From Myxococcota bacterium (GTDB lineage: Bacteria; Myxococcota_A; UBA9160; SZUA-336), in assembly GCA_965247115.1 (NCBI GenBank), contig CBDFGR010000002.1:384001-448000 (forward strand): a DNA stretch of 64,000 nt. Direction: 5' to 3'. A model generated the notes under the pieces. That model was not told the DNA's origin, made no database searches, and worked only from the letters and a program-made list of their open reading frames with translations. Position 1 is the stretch's first letter. Each line of letters starts with the position of its first letter. Made by a program: the position numbers and the translations under genes. Below, piece by piece: positions 12,096-21,922 of the stretch.

Positions 12096-13981
12096 TGTCG
12101 GCCGAGAAGCTCCCGCACGGCCCGCTCGATTCCGGCCGCGTCAAGCCCCAGCTCCGCTCGCCATTCGGCCTGAGAGCCGTGCTCGATCAGCTCGTCGCGC
12201 ACGCCCAGCGCGCGCAGCGGAACCTGGATGCCCTCCGCCGCCAGCGAGGCCGCGACCGCGTCACCAAAGCCACCCATGCTGCTGTGCTCCTCGATCACGA
12301 CCAGCACCCGGCAGCGCCGCCCGAGCGTAGCCAGCCAGCGCGCATCCAGCGGCTTGACGAAGCGGGCGTTCAGCACGGCGGTGGAGATGCCAGCCGCCTC
12401 GAGCTCCCCCGCGGCCAGACTGGCCTCGTGCACGCTCACGCCGATGGCGATCAGTCCCACGTCTGTACCATCACGCAGGAGCTCCGCCTCTCCAAGCGCG
12501 AGCGTCTTGACATCGGAATCCAGCGGAACACCGAGCCCGGGTCCGCGGGGGAAGCGGACGGCCGCAGGCCCGGGGTGCTCGATGGCCGTCTTCAGCATCT
12601 GGCGCAGCTCGTTCTCATCCTTGGGCGCCATCACGATCATGTTCGGGAGGGTCCGCAGGTAGGCGAAGTCGAACAGTCCCTGGTGCGTCGCGCCGTCTGC
12701 GCCCACGAGCCCCGCGCGGTCGAGCACCAGGGTGACGTCGAGATTCTGCACGCAGACGTCGTGGACGATCTGATCGTAGGCCCGCTGCAGGAAGGTCGAG
12801 TAGATCGCACAGACCGGCTTCATCCCGCCCGTTGCGAGACCGGCGGCGAAGGTCACCGCGTGCTGCTCTGCAATGCCCACGTCGTAGAAGCGATCGGGGA
12901 AGGCCCGCTCGAAGCGGTCGAGTCCGGTCCCTCCCGCCATCGCCGCGGTGATGCCCACGATGCGAGCGTCGTCGTGTGCGAGCGCGATCAGCGCGTCGGC
13001 AAAGATCTCCGTCCAGGAGGGGGGGCCGCCGCTCGACTTCTTCATCGCGCCAGAGGACACTTCGAACTGCGAGACCCCGTGGTACTTGATCGGGTCCGAC
13101 TGCGAGGGCGCGTAGCCATAGCCCTTTTCCGTGCGGCAATGGACGAGGACTGGGTGTTCGTTCTCTTCGATGTCCCGCACGTTCTTGAAGGTCTCGATCA
13201 GCTCGTCGAGGTCGTGCCCGTCGATCGGACCGATGTAGTTGAAGCCGAGCCCCTCGAACAGCTGCGCGGGCGATATGAAGCCCTTGAAGCTCTGCTCCGC
13301 GCGCCGCGCGAGCTCGACCAGCTCATCGCCGGCGATCGGCACGGACTCGAGGAACGCTTTGACCGCGTGCTTCAGCCGTCGCACTTGCGGCGCAGACCAT
13401 CGGCGCGCGAGAAAGCTCGTGAGCGCACCCACGTTCCTCGAGATCGACATCTCGTTGTCGTTGAGGACGACGAGCAGGTTCGAGAGCTTGAGATAGCCGG
13501 CGTTGTTGAGCCCCTCGTAGGCCATTCCCGCGGTCAGCGCACCATCGCCGATCACGGCGATCGTCTTGTTGCTCTCGCCGCGGCGCCGCAGCGCCTCGGC
13601 GACCCCGGTCGCAGCCGAGATCGACGTGCCCGCATGGCCCGCGCCGAACACGTCGTAGGGCGACTCGTGGCGACGCAGGAACTTTCCCATGCCGTCCTTC
13701 TTGCCGATCGAGGGGAACTGCTCGCGGCGGCCGGTCAGCATCTTGTGCGGATAACCCTGGTGGCCAACGTCCCAGATCAGGCGGTCCCTCGGCGTGTCGA
13801 ACACGTAGTGGAGCGCGGTCGCGAGCTCGACCGCTCCCAGACCCGCCGCGAGGTGACCGCCCGTCTTCGAGACCGTCTCGATGATGGCACTGCGAAGCGC
13901 TGCGGCTACCTCGGTCATGCGTTCCGGGGGAAGGCTCCGCAGGTCCTGCGGCGAGAGAATCTGATCCAGGATCGAGGTCAT
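12092..13981 (-). CDS. dxs: 1-deoxy-D-xylulose-5-phosphate synthase
   Basis: WDVGHQ, GDGALTAG, NDNEMSI, DVGIAEQHAV, DRAGLVGADG. Confidence 0.97.
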   Translation of the reverse strand: MTSILDQILSPQDLRSLPPERMTEVAAALRSAIIETVSKTGGHLAAGLGAVELATALHYVFDTPRDRLIWDVGHQGYPHKMLTGRREQFPSIGKKDGMGKFLRRHESPYDVFGAGHAGTSISAATGVAEALRRRGESNKTIAVIGDGALTAGMAYEGLNNAGYLKLSNLLVVLNDNEMSISRNVGALTSFLARRWSAPQVRRLKHAVKAFLESVPIAGDELVELARRAEQSFKGFISPAQLFEGLGFNYIGPIDGHDLDELIETFKNVRDIEENEHPVLVHCRTEKGYGYAPSQSDPIKYHGVSQFEVSSGAMKKSSGGPPSWTEIFADALIALAHDDARIVGITAAMAGGTGLDRFERAFPDRFYDVGIAEQHAVTFAAGLATGGMKPVCAIYSTFLQRAYDQIVHDVCVQNLDVTLVLDRAGLVGADGATHQGLFDFAYLRTLPNMIVMAPKDENELRQMLKTAIEHPGPAAVRFPRGPGLGVPLDSDVKTLALGEAELLRDGTDVGLIAIGVSVHEASLAAGELEAAGISTAVLNARFVKPLDARWLATLGRRCRVLVVIEEHSSMGGFGDAVAASLAAEGIQVPLRALGVRDELIEHGSQAEWRAELGLDAAGIERAVRELLGRQ

Positions 13982-13988
13982 GCGGTAC

Positions 13989-14822
13989 CTACGGTAACCG
14001 CTGCGTCAGGCTCTCGGCCAGCCCTCGCAGGGCCCAGGTCGCAGGGCCGACCGGCTCGAGAGCCTCGAGGGCGAACCCGATCTGCGCCTGTGCGAGTCGC
14101 CGTGCGTTGGCGGCATCCGTCACGGCCAGGATCGAGCACTCGTCGGTGCCGGCGTCGAGCAGGTCGTCGACCAGCTGGTAGGCCAGGCCGTAGGCATGCC
14201 CGTACGCGTCGAGTCGCTCCAGATCCGGCCTCTCGAGCCCGCCGAGCAGTCCGCCGGACCAGGCCGAGAACTCGAACAGCGCGGCCGTCTTTCGGGAGTG
14301 GATTCGCGTGATGGAGGCGAGATCGGCTCCGCCGGCCTCGAAGCCAAGGTCGTCGACCTGTCCCCCCAGCAGGACCCGGGAGCCGGCGGCCCGGACCAAA
14401 CGTGCGACCAGCGCGGACGGGATCCCATCCAGCGCCAGCTGCCCGATGGCCTCGGCGAAGAGCCCATTCCCGGCGAGGATCGCAGTCGCCTCATCCCAGA
14501 CCACGTGTACCGTGCGGCGTCCGCGGCGCTCGTCGTCGTCGTCCATCGCGGGCAGGTCGTCGTGTACGAGCGAATAGGTATGGACGAGCTCGATCGCGGC
14601 GGCCGCGGGCAGCGCGCGACTTGGATCCGCTCCGGCTGCGAGCGCGCCAGCGAATACCATCGCCGGACGCAGCCGCTTGCCGCCGGAGAAGACCGCATAG
14701 CGCATCGCCTCGTGAAGCGAGGCGGGCGGCTCGTCCGGCGGGGGAAGGAACAGGTCCAGGTGCTTGTCGATCCGCTCGCGGCTCTGCGCGAGGAACGCGT
14801 CGACCGAGACGGGGGGGCTCAT
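13989..14822 (-). CDS. ispA: Polyprenyl diphosphate synthase (IspA-like)
   Basis: GGKRLRP, LVHDDLPAMDDDDERRG, KTAALF, QLVDDLLD. Confidence 0.92.
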   Translation of the reverse strand: MSPPVSVDAFLAQSRERIDKHLDLFLPPPDEPPASLHEAMRYAVFSGGKRLRPAMVFAGALAAGADPSRALPAAAAIELVHTYSLVHDDLPAMDDDDERRGRRTVHVVWDEATAILAGNGLFAEAIGQLALDGIPSALVARLVRAAGSRVLLGGQVDDLGFEAGGADLASITRIHSRKTAALFEFSAWSGGLLGGLERPDLERLDAYGHAYGLAYQLVDDLLDAGTDECSILAVTDAANARRLAQAQIGFALEALEPVGPATWALRGLAESLTQRLP

Positions 14823-14838
14823 GGGTGGCGTCCCGGAC

Positions 14839-16200
14839 TCAGGAACCGTCCGGCAGCTCGAGCTTGGAGAAGACGGTCCAGCTCTTGAGCAGGTCCACCG
14901 CGCGGCTGAGCTGGCGATCAAAGGGCAGCCTGCGGACGAACGCCTCCTCTTTGCTGAGGACGGGCTCCTCCTCGCTCGGAGTCTCCGCGGTCTCCGTCGT
15001 CTCTGCCGCAAAGTGCCCGGCCAGATCCTCCTCGCCAAAGCTCTTCTGCTCGCCCGCCTCCCGCAGCGCCGCCACCTCGCTCTCGGTGTACGGATCCTCC
15101 AGGATGTCAGGCTGAATGCGGGTCTCCTGGATGCTGCGACCGCTGGGCAGGTAGTAGAGCGCCGTCGTCAGGCGCAGGCCCGACCCATCGTCGAGCGGAA
15201 TGATGGTCTGCACGGAGCCCTTGCCGAAAGTCTCCTTTCCGAGCACGACCGCGCGCCCGTGATCCTGGAGCGCTCCGGCGACGATCTCCGACGCCGAGGC
15301 GCTGCCGCTGTTGACGAGAACCACCATCGGGTACGTCGGCTGGGTACCCTCGCGCTTGGCGCTCCACTCCATGCGATTGCCGCCCCCGCGACCCTCCGAG
15401 AAGACGATCAGGCCGTCTGTGAGGAACACGTCAGCGACCTCTACAGCCTGCTGGAGCAGACCGCCCGGATTGTCTCGCAGGTCGAGCACGAGCCCACGGA
15501 CGTGGGGCACCGGCCCGGAGACTTCCTCCAGCGCCTCCAGCAGCTCGTGAGCCGTGCGCTCTTGAAACTGACTCACGCGCACATAGGGGATGTCGGAGTC
15601 GATGACATGCCAGCTGACGCTCGACAGCCGGATCGAGGCCCGTTTGATGATGAAGGGCTTCGGCGCCTCCCAGCCCTCGCGAGCGACCTCAATCATGATC
15701 TTGGTGCCACGGGGACCGCGCATGAGCTTCACGGCCTCGATCAGGTTCATGTCCTGCGTGGACCGGCAGCTCTCTTCCGTCGTATCCGGACAGACGCGCA
15801 CGATCTGATCGGCCGCGCGGATACCCGCCTGCTGCGCGGGCGTGCCGTCGATCGGCGCGACGACGGTCACGAAGCCGTCGCGCTGCGTGATCTCGATCCC
15901 GAGACCCTCGAACTCTCCCTTCGTGTCGCGCTGGACCTCCTCGTAGAGCTCTGGCGAGAGATAGGTCGTGTGGGGATCGAGGACGTCGAGCATGCCCTTG
16001 ACAGCACCCTCGACCAGCTCGCGCTCGTCCACGTCCGTGACGTAGTGGGATTTCACCAGGTGGATCACGGTGGGGAGCAGATCGAGGTCCCCGTAGTTGT
16101 TCGCGGCAAAGCTGGGACGCAAGGCGCCTGCGCCGCTGAGCAGGAGCAGCCCCAGGGCCAGCGCCAGCGTCGCGGTTCCGAACAGTCGAAGCTTTCTCAT
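14839..16200 (-). CDS. ctpA: S41 family carboxyl-terminal processing protease with PDZ domain
   Basis: Signal peptide; LDLRDNPGG, SASASEIVAGALQD, TFGKGSVQ. Confidence 0.93.
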   Translation of the reverse strand: MRKLRLFGTATLALALGLLLLSGAGALRPSFAANNYGDLDLLPTVIHLVKSHYVTDVDERELVEGAVKGMLDVLDPHTTYLSPELYEEVQRDTKGEFEGLGIEITQRDGFVTVVAPIDGTPAQQAGIRAADQIVRVCPDTTEESCRSTQDMNLIEAVKLMRGPRGTKIMIEVAREGWEAPKPFIIKRASIRLSSVSWHVIDSDIPYVRVSQFQERTAHELLEALEEVSGPVPHVRGLVLDLRDNPGGLLQQAVEVADVFLTDGLIVFSEGRGGGNRMEWSAKREGTQPTYPMVVLVNSGSASASEIVAGALQDHGRAVVLGKETFGKGSVQTIIPLDDGSGLRLTTALYYLPSGRSIQETRIQPDILEDPYTESEVAALREAGEQKSFGEEDLAGHFAAETTETAETPSEEEPVLSKEEAFVRRLPFDRQLSRAVDLLKSWTVFSKLELPDGS

Positions 16201-16212
16201 GCCGTTCCTTCT

Positions 16213-17328
16213 CTACCGTGGTGCCAGCCAGTCGAGCGGGTCCACCGGCTTGTTCATGTGGCGTATCTCGAAGTAAAGCCCGGGTCCAGAGATAGATCCA
16301 GTCTCCCCCACCCTGCCTATGGTCTGGTTCTCGTCCACCCAGTCCCCCGCCGCGGTCTCCAGCTCGTCCAGATACCCGGAAACCGTCACATTCCCTCCGC
16401 CGTGGTCCAGGATCGCCAGCTGTCCGAAGCCACGAAGCCAACCCGCGAAGAGTACCCTGCCTCGTGCGACGGCGCGGACCGGCTCACCGAGCTGCGACTC
16501 GATTTCGATGCCAGTACGGAGTGTTTCGGTCCCAAATTCAGGATCCTGTTGACGTCCGAACGGGAGTCGCACGACTCCCTCGACGGGCCAGGCGAGGGCC
16601 CCCACCTGGAGTCCCGCACCCGAGAAGCCCACCCCCGAGCGCGGCATTTTCTCGATGGCGCGCTCCAGCCGCTCCGCCGCGTCGCGTAGCTCCCTGGCGG
16701 CACGCAGCTCGTCCCGCGAGCGGGAGTGGAGCAAGGCGATGGCGTTGCGCCGCTCGACCACGGTCTGACGAATCTGGTCCTCGCGACGGGCCAGCTCCTG
16801 CCCCGTACCCGCTAGCTCCTCCAGCAGCGCCAGGCCGAGGTCCCGCTGGCGCTGCCAGGCGGTTTGCGCCTCCCGAAAGCCGGCGAAGAGCTGGCGGTCC
16901 TGCTCAAGGACCCGGGTCAGCCCTTGCCTGCTGCGTGCGAAGGACTGGAAGTCGCGGGCTGAGTAGAGCACCCGCACGCCGCCGACGGATGAGAACTTGT
17001 AGAGGGAGACCAGGCGTGCTTCCAGCCGCGTCCGACTCGCGTCCATCCGCTTCGCGGCAACAGCGGTGCGAACCCGCGCTTCCGCCAGGTCCTGCTCCGC
17101 AGTCCGCGCGTGGCTGCGTAGCCGCGCTATGCTCCGCCGCAGCTCGTTGAGCTCGCGATCGATGCCGTCGAGCTCCTCGAGGAGCCCGTCCGCCTCCTCG
17201 CGGTAGTCGGCGGCGCGCGTCTCGCGCTGCTCGATCTCACGCCGGACGCTCTCGAGGCGCGATTGCTGGTCAGCCTGCCCGCCGGCTGGCAGTAGCAGAA
17301 GAAGCACCGCGAGCAGCAGGGGACTCAG
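16213..17328 (-). CDS. envC: Murein hydrolase activator EnvC-like (coiled coil plus M23 domain); start uncertain
   Basis: Signal peptide, long coiled coil, WPVEG...GPGLYFEIR; follows ftsX. Confidence 0.85.
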   Translation of the reverse strand: MSPLLLAVLLLLLPAGGQADQQSRLESVRREIEQRETRAADYREEADGLLEELDGIDRELNELRRSIARLRSHARTAEQDLAEARVRTAVAAKRMDASRTRLEARLVSLYKFSSVGGVRVLYSARDFQSFARSRQGLTRVLEQDRQLFAGFREAQTAWQRQRDLGLALLEELAGTGQELARREDQIRQTVVERRNAIALLHSRSRDELRAARELRDAAERLERAIEKMPRSGVGFSGAGLQVGALAWPVEGVVRLPFGRQQDPEFGTETLRTGIEIESQLGEPVRAVARGRVLFAGWLRGFGQLAILDHGGGNVTVSGYLDELETAAGDWVDENQTIGRVGETGSISGPGLYFEIRHMNKPVDPLDWLAPR

Positions 17329-18242
17329 GGTCTCTCCTCGAGCCGGAACAGCGAGACGACGGCACCGCCGCAGCCGAGCCCTACACCGAACAGCAACAGC
17401 ACGAAAATCTGCAGCGGCCCGAAGAACTCGGGCTTGGCGGAGCCGCTCAGGAACTCGAGCGGCTCTCCGACAATCGGGAGACCGATCGCCCAGAGCGCGT
17501 AGAGCAGCAGCAGCGCCACCGCCGCTGCGATCCCTCCCTGCAATCCCCCCTCGAGATAGAAAGGAAGCCGCACAAAGAGCCCACCGGCACCCACGAGTCG
17601 CTGGATCTGGATCTCGTCCGCGCGGGCGTGAACCGTCAGCCGAACCGTGCCGGCCACGATCGCTCCCAGCACGATCGCGAGAAAGATGCCGAGCCCGAGC
17701 CCCAGCCACTCCGCCACCCGGACGACTCGCGCGTAGCTCGTGACCCAGTCCTCGCCATAGTGCACCTCCGCGATGCCGGCAAAGGTCCGAACGCGTTCCG
17801 CCAGCGCCCCCAGCGCTGCGGGCGAGCGCATGCTCGCATCGAGAGCGAGCTCAAAGGACGCCGGCAAGGGATTGCGTTCCAGGCCTTCGAGGATCGCCGC
17901 ATCGCCGCCGAGCTGGGCGCGCAGTCGCTCGAGCCCCTCGCCGGGCGAGACGAAGCGAACCCCCGACACACCCGGGAGCGCGACGAGCTCGCGCGCCAGC
18001 TCCGCAGCCGCCTCCGCGTCGGGCGCGTCCCCCTGCGGCGCAAAGGCCACGATGCGCAGGTCGCGGCCGAACTCCTCGAGCACGTCGCGCATGTTTCCCA
18101 CGATCAGCAGATACGCGCCCAGCACGAGCAGTCCCGCCGACATGGTCCCGACCGAGACCGCCGCGACCAGCGGCGCGGCAAAGAAGCCGCGCAGACCATT
18201 GCGACACGCGAGCACGAGCCGACGCGTTGCCCCGCCCCGCAT
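17325..18242 (-). CDS. ftsX: Cell division ABC permease FtsX
   Basis: NPLPASFE, EIQIQRLVGA..FVRLPFYLEG; four TM segments. Confidence 0.92.
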   Translation of the reverse strand: MRGGATRRLVLACRNGLRGFFAAPLVAAVSVGTMSAGLLVLGAYLLIVGNMRDVLEEFGRDLRIVAFAPQGDAPDAEAAAELARELVALPGVSGVRFVSPGEGLERLRAQLGGDAAILEGLERNPLPASFELALDASMRSPAALGALAERVRTFAGIAEVHYGEDWVTSYARVVRVAEWLGLGLGIFLAIVLGAIVAGTVRLTVHARADEIQIQRLVGAGGLFVRLPFYLEGGLQGGIAAAVALLLLYALWAIGLPIVGEPLEFLSGSAKPEFFGPLQIFVLLLFGVGLGCGGAVVSLFRLEERP

Positions 18243-18946
18243 CAGCGCCTCCCAGCGACCTCGCGAGCCCGCACGCGCGCTCGTGGCTGCTCGTCCGCGA
18301 CCAGGCGCCCGTCGGAGAGATCGATGCGACGATGAGGGTAGCGACCCAGGAGCGTAGGATCGTGGGTCGCGACGATGACGGTGGTGCCACGCGCGTTGGC
18401 GTCTGCGATGATGTCCATGATGTCCCGGGCGAGCTCGGGATCCAGGTTCCCCGTCGGCTCGTCGGCCAGCAGGAGCGGCGGATCCGTGACCAGCGCGCGG
18501 GCAATCGCGACGCGCTGCTGCTCTCCTCCGGAGAGCGCTCGCGGTCGGTGCTCCATGCGATGCCCCAGGCCCAGGCGTTTGAGCGTGCTCCAGACGCGGG
18601 TCCGGGTCTCGCGCCGCGAAGCGCCCGCAATCTCGAGCGCGATCGCCACGTTGTCGTGAACCGTGCGGTCTGACAGGAGCTTGAAGTCCTGGAAGATCAC
18701 ACCGATCTGGCGTCGCAGACGCGGGATCTCCGACCCCCGGACGCGGCTGATGTTGCGGCCCGCAACCAGGATCTGTCCTGAGGTCGGGTGCTCTGCACCG
18801 AAGAGCAGGCGCAGGAGCGAGGTCTTGCCGGCCCCACTCGCTCCTGTGAGGAACACGAACTCACCGCGTGCGATATCGAGAGAGACGTCCCGCAGCGCCC
18901 GGACACCGCCGTCGTAACGGAGCTCGATGTGGTAGAGCTGGATCAA
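18242..18946 (-). CDS. ftsE: Cell division ATP-binding protein FtsE
   Basis: GASGAGKT, LRRQIGVIFQDFKLL, LSGGEQQR, DEPTGNLD. Confidence 0.95.
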   Translation of the reverse strand: MIQLYHIELRYDGGVRALRDVSLDIARGEFVFLTGASGAGKTSLLRLLFGAEHPTSGQILVAGRNISRVRGSEIPRLRRQIGVIFQDFKLLSDRTVHDNVAIALEIAGASRRETRTRVWSTLKRLGLGHRMEHRPRALSGGEQQRVAIARALVTDPPLLLADEPTGNLDPELARDIMDIIADANARGTTVIVATHDPTLLGRYPHRRIDLSDGRLVADEQPRARVRAREVAGRR

Positions 18947-18966
18947 TGTGAGTGCCCGGAGGGGGG

Positions 18967-19350
18967 CTAGCGTGCAGAGATGTACTCGAGAACGAGCTCG
19001 TCGAGGGGTCGGTCGCTGATCACGCCGGCGCCGAACGCCTCCGCAGGCTCCATGCCTGCCATGCTGTCGTCGGCTGTCGTCCCAGCACCGATCTTGGCGT
19101 CGAGCGACCCGTCCTTCAGCGCCTCCACCATCACCCGGTGCTGCTCCTCCATGAGCTGGCGGACCCTCTCCTCGAGCTCACCGGTGCGGTCGTCCTTCCC
19201 GAGCTCGTAGCTCGACTTCGTCGAGTAGAGAATCGCGCCGCCCTCGTACAAGAGCGTGATGATCTGAGGACTCTCGCGCCCGCCGTCCTCGGTCTGCACG
19301 TGAAACGTGCGCCCGACGTAGAGGACGTTCGTATTGGATCCCCCGACCAT
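18967..19350 (-). CDS. Hypothetical protein (HVQTED motif)
   Basis: ATG with GAGAGG RBS; protein-like sequence NTNV..FHVQTED...MEEQH. Confidence 0.75.
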   Translation of the reverse strand: MVGGSNTNVLYVGRTFHVQTEDGGRESPQIITLLYEGGAILYSTKSSYELGKDDRTGELEERVRQLMEEQHRVMVEALKDGSLDAKIGAGTTADDSMAGMEPAEAFGAGVISDRPLDELVLEYISAR

Positions 19351-19556
19351 GGCCTCTCAACCCCTCCCCGGAGAAGTGTGCACTACCGACAAGCCTGTCG
19401 CCATTATCGGCTCAATTCTCTTTACCCTTTGAGCTGGACCCACCCTTGAGCAGGACCGACGCCCTCGCAGCTCGGCACGATGCGCGGCCACGCGAGTGGT
19501 TTGCCCAGAACGGCATAGGTTGATTTGAAGGAGACTCGGACGGCGGAGTTCGCTAC

Positions 19557-21662
19557 TTGGAGGCGCGGATGACAGTAGAGGGCCAGGGAGTCTTCCGCGT
19601 GCGCCAGTGGCTCGCTTCGAAGTGGATGCGGCTGTTGAGGTTCTTTCGCGACTCGACCAATTTGGGGTTGGTTCTGCTGGCAGTGGTGGTGGGACTCCTG
19701 GGCGGGGCCGGGGCGATTGTGTTCCGGATTCTCATCGCGGAGGCGCACGCGCTGTTTTTCGGGGGGAGCGAGCGGGTCCTGCCCTTCCTCGGGGATGCGC
19801 GGCTGATTCTGCTGCCCGCTGCGGGACTTCTGATTGTCACGGCAATCGTGCGGCGCTGGGCGCCGGAGGCCAGAGGGCACGGCGTGCCAGAGGTCCAGTA
19901 CGCGGTGCGTCGGCGCGGCGGGAGGATCCGACCGCGCGTGGCCGCGATCAAGGCGCTGGCAAGCGCCCTCTGCATCGGCAGCGGGGGCTCCGTCGGGCGC
20001 GAGGGTCCGATCGTTCAGATCGGCAGCACGCTCGGGAGCACCGTCGGCGGCCTCCTCGGGCTCCGTGAGGGCAGCGTCAAGCTGCTGGTCGCCTGCGGCG
20101 CCGCCGCGGGCATCGGGGGCACCTTCAACGCGCCCATCGCGGGGGTGTTATTCGCGATGGAGGTCATCCTGGGCACCTTCACCGCGCGCAGCTTCGGCGT
20201 CGTGGTGCTCGCCTCGGTTGCGTCCACTGCGCTCGTGCAATCGATTGTCGGACGCGAGCCTGCCTTCGCGCTGCTGCAGGTGTTCTCGCTGGTGAGCCCC
20301 CTGGAGCTCCCCCTCTATCTGGGACTCGGAGTGGTGGCCGGCGCGCTCGCGGTCGTCTACGTGCGCACGCTTTACAGCCTCGAGCACGCCTTCAGCCGCG
20401 CGCCCGGCAGTCCCTATCTCAAGGCGTTGGTCGGGGGCCTGGGCGTGGGTCTGATCGGGTACGTGAGCGTTCTCTACCTGGGAGGCCCACACCTGTTCGG
20501 CGTTGGCTACGAGGCGATCGAGCAGGCGCTGGGCCTGGGCAAGCTGTCGGCGGTCGGACCAGGTCAGATGACACTCGCCGTGCTGGCCACCCTGGCCGGA
20601 CTCAAGATCATCGCGACCTCGCTTACGCTCGCTGCGGGTGGCTCCGGTGGCGTCTTCGCACCCGCGCTCTTCATCGGCGCGATGACGGGCGGGGCGTTCG
20701 GGATCGCGGTCGGAGAACTCGCACCGACGCTGACCGCACCGCCTGGGGCGTACGCGCTCGTCGGCATGGGGGCGCTCTTTGCGGGCGCCGCGCACGCACC
20801 GCTCAGCTCGATCCTGATCCTCTTCGAGATGACGGACGACTACCAGATCATCCTGCCGCTGATGCTCGCGGTTGTGGTCAGTCACCTGGTCGCGTCCTGG
20901 CTCAACGCGGATTCGATCTACACCATCAAGCTCCGCCATCTCGGCGGCACCTCCCCGTTGCAGGCGGCGCGCGGGAGCGTGCTCGATCTCGTGCTGGTCG
21001 TCGATGCCATGAGCCCGGATGTCCACTCGGTCACTCCCGAGGTCCCGGTCATCGACCTCGTCAACGAGTTCCGCGATGAGACGCTCCGCAGTCTACCCGT
21101 CGTCGATCGCGCGGACTCGTTCGTAGGCCTGGTGACCGCAACCGACGTACAGACCGCCCTCATCGGGGGAAGTGGCGACCGGCAGACCGCCGCGGACATC
21201 ATGACTACGAGCGTGGTCAGCTGCCGCCCGGACGAGAGTCTGCGCGCGGTGCTGCAGCGAATCAGCGATCAGGACGTCGCGCAGGTGCCCGTCGTAGCCA
21301 AGGAGGATCCGTCGCGCCTGCTGGGCCTGCTCCGCCGCGAACAGATTCTGTGGGCCATCGGAGAGATGACCAGCGAACACGGGCGCCTCCTGGACCGGGT
21401 CGGCCTGGATCAGTCCGCAGGGGAAGACTCGGTCCAGATCTCGCTCGAGGTGCGCGCGGCGCATCGTGAGCTCTGCTTCAAGCGCCTGCGCGAGCTCGAG
21501 CTCCCGGAGCAGTGCCTGGTCACGATCCTCCGCCGCGGCGACCGCGCCAGCGTCCCGAACGGCAACACCGTGATCGAGCCCGGAGACGTTCTCGCCCTCG
21601 TGACCACCCAGAGCCACGAGACCCGCCTACGCACCTGGATCTCCCTTCTCGACACCTCGTGA
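19557..21662 (+). CDS. ClC chloride channel/antiporter with CBS pair and C-terminal TrkA_C domain
   Basis: GHGVPEV, GREGP, FNAPIAG, GGVFAP; two CBS domains; VPNGNTVIEPGD. Confidence 0.93.
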   Translation: MEARMTVEGQGVFRVRQWLASKWMRLLRFFRDSTNLGLVLLAVVVGLLGGAGAIVFRILIAEAHALFFGGSERVLPFLGDARLILLPAAGLLIVTAIVRRWAPEARGHGVPEVQYAVRRRGGRIRPRVAAIKALASALCIGSGGSVGREGPIVQIGSTLGSTVGGLLGLREGSVKLLVACGAAAGIGGTFNAPIAGVLFAMEVILGTFTARSFGVVVLASVASTALVQSIVGREPAFALLQVFSLVSPLELPLYLGLGVVAGALAVVYVRTLYSLEHAFSRAPGSPYLKALVGGLGVGLIGYVSVLYLGGPHLFGVGYEAIEQALGLGKLSAVGPGQMTLAVLATLAGLKIIATSLTLAAGGSGGVFAPALFIGAMTGGAFGIAVGELAPTLTAPPGAYALVGMGALFAGAAHAPLSSILILFEMTDDYQIILPLMLAVVVSHLVASWLNADSIYTIKLRHLGGTSPLQAARGSVLDLVLVVDAMSPDVHSVTPEVPVIDLVNEFRDETLRSLPVVDRADSFVGLVTATDVQTALIGGSGDRQTAADIMTTSVVSCRPDESLRAVLQRISDQDVAQVPVVAKEDPSRLLGLLRREQILWAIGEMTSEHGRLLDRVGLDQSAGEDSVQISLEVRAAHRELCFKRLRELELPEQCLVTILRRGDRASVPNGNTVIEPGDVLALVTTQSHETRLRTWISLLDTS

Positions 21663-21677
21663 GCCTTGTGGGTCTCT

Positions 21678-21785
21678 TCTTGTGGGACCCGGCCTTGTGG
21701 GACCCGGCCGCGGGCGTCCGCGGCCACCCACCTCCGCTCAGGCCTTCGGCCTTCGCTGCGCGCACCGCGTTCCGCGGCGCTTGCA
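21678..21785 (+). repeat. REP-like ~95-bp repeat, copy 1 (with partial 5' duplication)
   Basis: CTTGTGGGACCCGGCCGCGGGCGTCCGCGGCCACCCACCTCCGCTCAGG...TTCGCTGCGCGC...GGCGCTTGC. Confidence 0.9.
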
Positions 21786-21828
21786 CGGTTGCCGGTCTGG
21801 CTGGCAGTTGGAGAGCGAGAAGGCAACC

Positions 21829-21922
21829 TGCAAGCGCCGCGGAACGCGGCGCGCGCAGCGAAGGGCTTGGCCCTGAGCGGAGGTGGGTGGCCGCGGACGC
21901 CCGCGGCCGGGTCCCACAAGAC
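21829..21922 (-). repeat. REP-like repeat, copy 2 (inverted partner of copy 1)
   Basis: Reverse complement of the same unit, abutting the TGA at 21923-21925. Confidence 0.9.

Noticed and set aside
12179..16689. Long antisense ORFs (12179-14311, 14764-16689; likewise 1315-2928, 39309-40919)
   Set aside because: Shadow frames of well-supported genes, expected in high-GC DNA
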